A stretch of 64,000 nt of DNA from Bacillota bacterium (lineage in GTDB: Bacteria > Bacillota > Sulfobacillia > Fermentithermobacillales > Fermentithermobacillaceae): positions 444,793 through 508,792 of the forward strand of contig JBMNKH010000004.1 of NCBI GenBank assembly GCA_050952085.1, in the 5' to 3' direction. How positions within the stretch are numbered: position 1 is the stretch's first letter; each line of letters begins with the position of its first letter. The notes under the pieces are model-generated. The model was not told the origin of the DNA, searched no databases, and saw only the letters and a list, made by a program, of their open reading frames with translations. Made by a program: the position numbers and the translations under genes. This document shows, piece after piece, positions 58,041 through 64,000 of this stretch.

Positions 58041-58488
58041 GGTCTGTGTCCTCCTTTTTTCCGGTGTGTGCGGCCCCCTCAACCAAGTCATGCAAAGTTA
58101 TTGAATGGAGGACGCCTTCGATGGCATTGCCGACTTTCTCCCAAACCAATCTCGCTCTGCAATCCTCAGGGCAGTCGTAGTCAGAGAAATCGTCGTGCAT
58201 GCACTTGACAGGCGCGACAGGGCCTTCGGCCACCTTCACGATTTCACCAACGGTGATCCTGTCCGCCGGCCTTGCAAGCTTATAGCCACCACCAAATCCG
58301 CGCTTGCCTTGCACCAGGCCGTGTTCCCTCAGCGGGATTACGATCTGTTCAAGGTAACCCTGGGAAAGTTTTTGGGCAGCGGAGATTTCGGCAAGTGACA
58401 CAAAATCGTCTTCTGACCTGGCCAATTCGTACATAAGCAATACCGCATAATGCCCTTTGGTCGACAGCGAAAAAGACAGTTTTCTCAC
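58033..58488 (-). CDS. iscR: Rrf2 family transcriptional regulator (IscR/CymR-like)
   Basis: VRKLSFSLSTKGHYAVLLMYELA wHTH N-terminus, with probable GTG start near 58488. Three Cys in the C-terminal part (CMHDDFSDYDCPEDC). Confidence 0.8.
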   Translation of the reverse strand: MRKLSFSLSTKGHYAVLLMYELARSEDDFVSLAEISAAQKLSQGYLEQIVIPLREHGLVQGKRGFGGGYKLARPADRITVGEIVKVAEGPVAPVKCMHDDFSDYDCPEDCRARLVWEKVGNAIEGVLHSITLHDLVEGAAHTGKKEDTDHE

Positions 58489-58519
58489 CTCAGTTGAAAT
58501 CCAGCTTGTATCACAATCT

Positions 58520-58542
58520 AATCCTATTATTCTACTAGGATT
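58520..58542. promoter_or_regulatory. Candidate Rrf2/IscR operator, a 7-bp inverted repeat
   Basis: AATCCTA-ttattctac-TAGGATT, 32-54 nt upstream of the iscR start. Confidence 0.4.
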
Positions 58543-58674
58543 ATAACAAGTCAAGTACATCCGGTTAGTTGAATTGGTTTTGGAGAACATCCTAGAGGAG
58601 GTATTATAACGCTTAGAAGCGAAGAACAAGGTATGAATGTAGGTTACACCATATTAGTATCGTGAGGGGTTAAC

Positions 58675-60132
58675 GTGGCTAACATGAACATTGATGAGAA
58701 GTCCCTTCGTGCAATAATCAGCAACCTGGAAAAAGATGTGGCAAGAAGACCTAAAGATATCGCTACCAGACTCCAGCTGGCCTTGTCGTACATGAGGCTT
58801 GCCGAGCGTGACCAAGCCCGGGAACATCTGGAGAAAGTGATCGAACTGGATAAGCGCAATGTGGAAGCCCATTATTACCTAGGGATCCTTTTGGCTGATT
58901 CAGGCGATTTGGAAGAGGCTAAACGCTTCTGGATGAAGACCGTTTCCCTGGATAAGTCCCACGCGCCGTCCCACTACTTCCTTGGTAAAGTCTGCGCTTA
59001 TGAGGGCGACCTGGACGCTGCTATCGCCCATACTGAGAAGTCCCGGGATGCGGACCCAGGTAATGTGCTAGCCAGGGCGCAGCTTGGGGAGCTGTACCTG
59101 GCAAAGGGCAGGATCAGGGACGCTTTGAACGAATGGCTTGAGGTCTTGAAACTGGAGCCTGCCAACCTCCAGGCGTTGCACAACGTGGGAGCCATATACA
59201 CAGACCTCAAGATGTATGATGAAGCTATTGATGTGCTTGAGCGTGCTGAACGGTTAGGCTCAACAGCCCCGCTGTTGTTCTACAACAAAGGCCTTTGTTA
59301 TTTGGGCAAGGGCGAACACGCCAAAGCAATTGAAGCGCTCACCAAAGCTAAAGAACTTGAGCCGGAAAGTACCGTGACCATAACCACCCTGGGAGAAGCT
59401 TATGCCATGTCTGGAGACACTGACTCAGCCATGGCTCAATGGGAGGAAGTGCTCCAGGCCAATCCGGATGACCTGTTTGCCACTTACAACCTAGGCCTTG
59501 CTTATCTTGAGAAAAACCAGGTAGATAAGGCAGTGGAAATGTGGGAAAAGTGCAAAACTTTGAATCCTGCGTACCTTCCTGCACGGCAAAACCTTGCTAC
59601 CCTGGCGGTCAATGCAGGGAATTTTGACAAGGCCATAGATGAGTGGACTGCTATCAGCCTGATGGACCCTGCCAACCCACAACCGCAGATGGTGTTGGGA
59701 GACCTATACTACAGGTCAGGAAAGATGGCTGAATCCAGGCAGATAACTGAGGAACTCCTTGATAAGCTGGCGCAAGTTGAACCCAAGGATAAGGATTCGC
59801 GTAAACTCAGGTCAGACACTGAGTTCCTGTATGGCACTGTGCTGATTGCCTCGGGTAATCCAGGGGACGGCCTCGATCATTGGGTGAAAGCTATGAATTA
59901 CAATCCCAATTTCGCCCTTGAATCCAGCGGGTTTATATCCAGGGCAATATGGCCTGAACTCATCCAGTTTGCCGGGGATTACGCAAAGACTGAAGACCAC
60001 AAGAAGGTATTGAGCTTGGTAAACAGTTTTGTCAAAGAAGATGCCAAGCCTCCTAAGGGCGTAGCTCCAGTCCCCAAACTAGAGGAACGGGGGAAGGTAG
60101 GTTTCAGGTGGTTCTCACGGGGAAAGAAGTAG
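58675..60132 (+). CDS. Tetratricopeptide repeat protein
   Basis: At least 9 TPR-like units (AxxYxxLGxxYxxxGxxxxA pattern) across 485 aa. Confidence 0.8.
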   Translation: MANMNIDEKSLRAIISNLEKDVARRPKDIATRLQLALSYMRLAERDQAREHLEKVIELDKRNVEAHYYLGILLADSGDLEEAKRFWMKTVSLDKSHAPSHYFLGKVCAYEGDLDAAIAHTEKSRDADPGNVLARAQLGELYLAKGRIRDALNEWLEVLKLEPANLQALHNVGAIYTDLKMYDEAIDVLERAERLGSTAPLLFYNKGLCYLGKGEHAKAIEALTKAKELEPESTVTITTLGEAYAMSGDTDSAMAQWEEVLQANPDDLFATYNLGLAYLEKNQVDKAVEMWEKCKTLNPAYLPARQNLATLAVNAGNFDKAIDEWTAISLMDPANPQPQMVLGDLYYRSGKMAESRQITEELLDKLAQVEPKDKDSRKLRSDTEFLYGTVLIASGNPGDGLDHWVKAMNYNPNFALESSGFISRAIWPELIQFAGDYAKTEDHKKVLSLVNSFVKEDAKPPKGVAPVPKLEERGKVGFRWFSRGKK

Positions 60133-60968
60133 GAACCGGTTCAGGTTTGCAGCACATTGAAGTGATTGCACTGGTGGGCCCGAGCGGCACAGGCAAGTCC
60201 CACCACGCAATGTGGATTGCCCAGGAATACGGCTGCCAGGCAATCATAGACGACGGCTTGCTTATTTCCGGTTCAAGGATCGTTGCGGGCAGATCGGCCA
60301 AAAGGGAGGAGACCAAGACCGCGGCGGTCAGAAGGGCAGTGTTTACTTCTGCCGGACATGCTCTGGAAGTCAGGTCTGCCCTTGAAGACCTGGACATACA
60401 AAGGGTCCTGGTGCTTGGCACCTCCGTTTCCATGATAGAGCGCATCATATCCAGGCTGGGGCTCTCTGAACCTACGCTTACACTGGATATAAGGGATTTG
60501 GCCAGTGAAGAAGAGGTCAGGGAGGCCTTGTGGAGGCGGCGGCAAGAGGGCAAGCATGTGATCCCCGCCCCGGTTTTTGAGGTTAAGAAGACTTTCTCAG
60601 GGTATCTTGTGGACCCCCTTAAGATTCTTGTGAAAGCCCGGGAGAAGAAAGCTGCCGTATTGGAACGAAGCGTGGTAAGGCCCACATACAGCTATTTTGG
60701 CAATTTCTACATCGCCGACAATGTTGTGATGCAGATAGCGACCGAGATCTGCTACGAAGTCGAAGGTGTCAAACGGGTGCTCAGGGTCTTGGTACTGACC
60801 ACCGGTGACGGGGCTATCCTTCAAGTCGAATTGGTGCTTAGCTACGGCGTTGAAGTGTTCTCTGTCATGAGAGAAGTCCAGTCAAAGCTTAAGCAGAAGC
60901 TTGAGTATCTTACCGGAATTTACCTGCTGAGCGTAGACGTAATCACCAAGAAAATCGGATTGGATTAA
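60108..60968 (+). CDS. Fusion protein of an N-terminal P-loop NTPase-like domain and a C-terminal Asp23/Gls24 (alkaline shock) domain
   Basis: Walker A VGPSGTGKSH. The C-terminal region resembles the Asp23/DUF322 family (YIADNVVMQIATEICYEVEGVKRV...VELVLSYG). Start ambiguous (GTG 60108 or later TTG). Confidence 0.55.
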   Translation: MVLTGKEVGTGSGLQHIEVIALVGPSGTGKSHHAMWIAQEYGCQAIIDDGLLISGSRIVAGRSAKREETKTAAVRRAVFTSAGHALEVRSALEDLDIQRVLVLGTSVSMIERIISRLGLSEPTLTLDIRDLASEEEVREALWRRRQEGKHVIPAPVFEVKKTFSGYLVDPLKILVKAREKKAAVLERSVVRPTYSYFGNFYIADNVVMQIATEICYEVEGVKRVLRVLVLTTGDGAILQVELVLSYGVEVFSVMREVQSKLKQKLEYLTGIYLLSVDVITKKIGLD

Positions 60969-61026
60969 GCTTGGCCGGAGCAAGCGACGAGCAGTGTTGA
61001 AATAGTATTGTTAGGGGAGGGGAACC

Positions 61027-62400
61027 ATGAAACCGGCCTACGGGCTCGAACTTGTCCAAACACAGAAGCTCGTCTTAACGCCTGAGCTGCATCAAGCTAT
61101 CATGATTTTGCAGATGAACGTTCAGGAGCTCTCTGGCTTGATCCTGGAGGAGATTGAGAAGAACCCTCTCTTGGAATTGATTGACGAGACCACGGAAAAA
61201 CTGCATGAAGACGAAGATGAAGAAGACTGGATGGCCTACTTCCTTGACTCTTCAGACCTCGGCCTGGGAGGGAGAGTCAGGGGCAGCTCTTCAGCCAGGC
61301 GCCTGGATGAATACAACCCCTTGCGTTACACTTCTGCCCAACCCAATGTTTCAATCAGGGGGCATTTGTTATCCCAGTTAGGGGTAATACGTCTGGACCC
61401 TAAGGAGCAAAGCATTGCCCGTTTCATCATTGAAAGCATAGATGACAACGGGTATTTGCAGTCTACACCCAGGGAGATTGCCTCGGCCACAGCAAGTTGT
61501 CCGGAACAGGTTGAGAGTGTGCTCAAACTGGTCCAGAAGTTCGACCCACCTGGCGTTGCTGCCAGGAACCTCAGGGAATGCCTTGAACTGCAAGCTGAAG
61601 CCAAGGGCTTGAGCCCGCTTGCGCTAGAGATCATAAGGCACCACCTCGACGACCTTGCCCGGGGCAGGTACAGCAAGATATGCCAAAGCACAAATGCTTG
61701 CCTTAAGCAGGTGCTAAGGGCCAGGGACTCTATAGTCAAACTGCAGCCCAAACCCGGTGCGGCATTTTCAGGAGGCCATGTTACTTTCATAGTGCCTGAT
61801 ATTGCAGTGAAGAGGATCGGTGACGAGTTTGTGGTGATCCTAAACGACAGCGCCTTGCCGTCTATCAGGTGGAACCCTTATTACAGGAAACTGCTTATAT
61901 CCGGAGAGAAAGACGCCCGGAGTTACCTGATCAAGCAGATGAAAAGGGCCCGTTTCCTGTTAAGAAGCATAGAGCAGAGAAGGATAACCATATCCAGGGT
62001 GATGGAGAGCATCGTGGGACGGCAACGGCGGTTCTTCTTGGAAGGTCCGGGGCATCTTGAGCCTATGACCCTCAAGGATGTTGCAGACGAACTGGATATA
62101 CATGATTCTACAGTATCCAGGGCGGTATCCGGAAAGTATGTGGATACGCCTTTCGGGGTGTTTCCATGCAAGATGTTTTTTTCTCCTGGAGTCGAGTCCT
62201 ACGGGCAAGAGGTTTCCCAGTACAACATAAAGAGAATGATTGAAGAAATGGTGCGCAATGAAGACCCAGGGGCTCCGTTAACCGACAGCCAGATTGCCCA
62301 CGGCCTTAACTCGCAGGGCGTAGAGATCGCCCGGCGCACAGTTGCCAAGTACCGGTCCCAACTGGGAATTCCTCCTTCAAACCGCAGGAAGAAACTGTGA
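61027..62400 (+). CDS. rpoN: RNA polymerase sigma-54 factor
   Basis: N-terminal activator-interacting region LTPELHQAIMILQM. C-terminal HTH and RpoN box ARRTVAKYR. Confidence 0.92.
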   Translation: MKPAYGLELVQTQKLVLTPELHQAIMILQMNVQELSGLILEEIEKNPLLELIDETTEKLHEDEDEEDWMAYFLDSSDLGLGGRVRGSSSARRLDEYNPLRYTSAQPNVSIRGHLLSQLGVIRLDPKEQSIARFIIESIDDNGYLQSTPREIASATASCPEQVESVLKLVQKFDPPGVAARNLRECLELQAEAKGLSPLALEIIRHHLDDLARGRYSKICQSTNACLKQVLRARDSIVKLQPKPGAAFSGGHVTFIVPDIAVKRIGDEFVVILNDSALPSIRWNPYYRKLLISGEKDARSYLIKQMKRARFLLRSIEQRRITISRVMESIVGRQRRFFLEGPGHLEPMTLKDVADELDIHDSTVSRAVSGKYVDTPFGVFPCKMFFSPGVESYGQEVSQYNIKRMIEEMVRNEDPGAPLTDSQIAHGLNSQGVEIARRTVAKYRSQLGIPPSNRRKKL

Positions 62401-62554
62401 TTACAGTAGCTGATTGAGTGGCGATGCAAACCTTTCAAAAAAGGCATGTTATTTGACGTTTGCGCGGTTAGAGACTACAATTATCTCTGTGTAACTCATG
62501 ATCTGAATTATCTGTAAACTAAGTTCTCCGGCTGCATTTTTAGCTGCAATCGAG

Positions 62555-63904
62555 GTGGAAAAAGTGATTACTGTCATAAAGAAAATGATCGGAGGAGTGC
62601 CGGTTCCTGGCAAGAAGGAACTGTCTGAAAAGTCTCCGATAGAGTTCGCCGGAATCCCCGGGGAACTCGTACTTTTTATGTCACAACATATAGGTGCCCC
62701 GTCTGTGGCGTCTGTGAAGCCAAAGGATCAAGTCAAGCGGGGACAGATCATAGCTGAACCGGGTGGGTTCGTAAGTGCCGCATTGCATGCACCCACGTCA
62801 GGGGTGATAAAAGCTATCGAGCCAAGGTATCATCCCGTGCTTGCCCGTATGTCGGAAGCTATAGTCCTTGAGCCAGACGGCAAGCACGAACCCGCCGAAA
62901 ACATGTCACCTACAGCTTCTGACCTGGACGGCATATTGCCTGAGCAGATCAGGAAGTTGGCCAGGGAAGCAGGTATTGTGGGGCTTGGGGGCGCAGCTTT
63001 TCCTACTTCTGTGAAACTTGCCCTTCCTGAGGACAAGCATATAGACACTTACCTGCTCAACGGGTCTGAATGTGAGCCCTACCTCACTGCAGATCACAGG
63101 GTCATGCTTGAACAAGCTGACAAGGTGCTCTTTGGGTTTAGGGCACTGATGAAGGCGTCAGGGGTCAAACGCGGGATTATGTGCATAGAGGATAACAAGC
63201 CTGATGCCATTGAAGCCATCAAGCAAGCTATGTCATCTTACGACGGATTGGAACTTGCCGTGCTTAGCGCCAGGTATCCCAGGGGTGGGGAAAAGCAACT
63301 GGTACATGCTGTCTTGGGCAGGGAAGTGCCTCCTCCTCCGGGGCTGCCCTATGATGTAGGGGTCTTGGTATCTAACGTGGGTACTGCCTATGCCCTTGCC
63401 GAGGCCATACTTACCGGCCTTCCGCTGGTGGAAAGAGTTGTGACTGTCACGGGAGAGGGTGTGGCAAAGCCGTCCAATTTCAAGGCGCTGCTTGGTACCC
63501 CCTTGTCGTACCTGATTGAAAGGGCAGGAGGGTTTACAGGTACTCCCGGCAAGGTGATATTAGGCGGGCCCATGATGGGCCGTGCCCTCAAGAGCATCGA
63601 CGTTCCGGTGCTCAAGGGGACTTCTGGAATACTGGTGCTCACAAAGGAGCAGGCAGTAGAAGAGCCCATCCTTCCTTGCGTCAAGTGCGGGAAATGTATT
63701 GACGCGTGTCCCATGGGGCTTCAACCGTTGTGGATCTCGGCCCATGCCGAGCGGGGGCTTATGGAAGAAGCTGAATCTTTCAGGGCGATGGATTGCATCG
63801 AATGCGGATGTTGTTCTTATATCTGCCCTGCAAAGAGACCGTTGGTGCAGTGGATAAAGATGGCCAAAGCAGACATAACATCGAGGCGGAAAGCTCAAAG
63901 GTAG
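62555..63904 (+). CDS. rnfC: Rnf electron-transport complex subunit C
   Basis: GIVGLGGAAFPT (NADH/FMN-binding fold), two ferredoxin-type clusters CVKCGKCIDACP and CIECGCCSYICP. Start may be GTG 62564 or ATG 62585. Confidence 0.9.
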   Translation: MEKVITVIKKMIGGVPVPGKKELSEKSPIEFAGIPGELVLFMSQHIGAPSVASVKPKDQVKRGQIIAEPGGFVSAALHAPTSGVIKAIEPRYHPVLARMSEAIVLEPDGKHEPAENMSPTASDLDGILPEQIRKLAREAGIVGLGGAAFPTSVKLALPEDKHIDTYLLNGSECEPYLTADHRVMLEQADKVLFGFRALMKASGVKRGIMCIEDNKPDAIEAIKQAMSSYDGLELAVLSARYPRGGEKQLVHAVLGREVPPPPGLPYDVGVLVSNVGTAYALAEAILTGLPLVERVVTVTGEGVAKPSNFKALLGTPLSYLIERAGGFTGTPGKVILGGPMMGRALKSIDVPVLKGTSGILVLTKEQAVEEPILPCVKCGKCIDACPMGLQPLWISAHAERGLMEEAESFRAMDCIECGCCSYICPAKRPLVQWIKMAKADITSRRKAQR

Positions 63905-63940
63905 AGCTGGGTTTGTCTGGAGATACGGAGGGTATAAGCA

Positions 63941-64000
63941 TGGAAGATAGATTGCTGGTAACACCGGCACCTCATATGAAAAGCACCAAGACAGTGCAGG
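63941..64000 (+). CDS. rnfD: Rnf complex subunit D, 5' end only
   Basis: MEDRLLVTPAPHMKSTKTVQ matches the RnfD N-terminus (LxVSxSPHxxS). Truncated by the window edge. Confidence 0.65.

Noticed and set aside
62480-62552. Possible sigma-54 promoter (GG...GC elements in CCGGCTGCATTTTTAGCTGCAAT) upstream of rnfC, next to rpoN
   Set aside because: The GG-to-GC spacing is one nucleotide too long and the -24/-12 elements deviate from TGGCAC-N5-TTGCW. The call is not convincing from sequence alone.

Overview
This is a Firmicutes-type chromosomal segment of about 55% GC, with no rRNA or tRNA genes and no IS element or cas genes visible. Most of it is housekeeping genes in the synteny typical of Clostridia and Bacilli:
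- prfB (5' end outside the window), csaB-tagA for pyruvylated cell-wall polymer, and a split transketolase
- ftsE-ftsX followed by a coiled-coil M23 peptidase, then ctpA and a PDZ membrane protein
- uvrB-uvrA-uvrC, a DUF2089/DUF4097 (yvlAB-like) operon, and rapZ-yvcK-whiA on the minus strand
- a cupin-type phosphoglucose isomerase and a pyruvate-kinase-like domain protein
- cdaA-cdaR-glmM, a C69 dipeptidase, acpS, nnr, and a mazEF-type toxin-antitoxin pair
- tsaE-tsaB-rimI-(pyrF antisense)-tsaD, a radical-SAM/PDZ/DUF512 protein, and three tandem M42 peptidases
- a SH3b-domain MurNAc-L-Ala amidase, iscR-nifS-nifU on the minus strand, a TPR protein, rpoN, rnfC, and the start of rnfD.

Three things are not explained by standard annotation.
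1. A tandemly duplicated two-gene module at 35650..42495. Each copy has a GlmL/MutL-like actin-fold ATPase of about 630 aa and a conserved 370-440 aa partner protein. There is no glutamate-mutase or other B12 enzyme nearby.
2. A 15-unit array with a 33-bp period at 24072..24590, in the divergent region upstream of cdaA. Each unit has a TTGGTACCAA-type palindromic core.
3. A 13-unit array of a 23-bp hairpin repeat at 53133..53790, in a convergent intergenic region. The spacers are exactly 30 bp, which is CRISPR-like geometry, but they are related to each other and there are no cas genes.

All calls rest on reading the six-frame translations and the DNA by eye. No database search was run.
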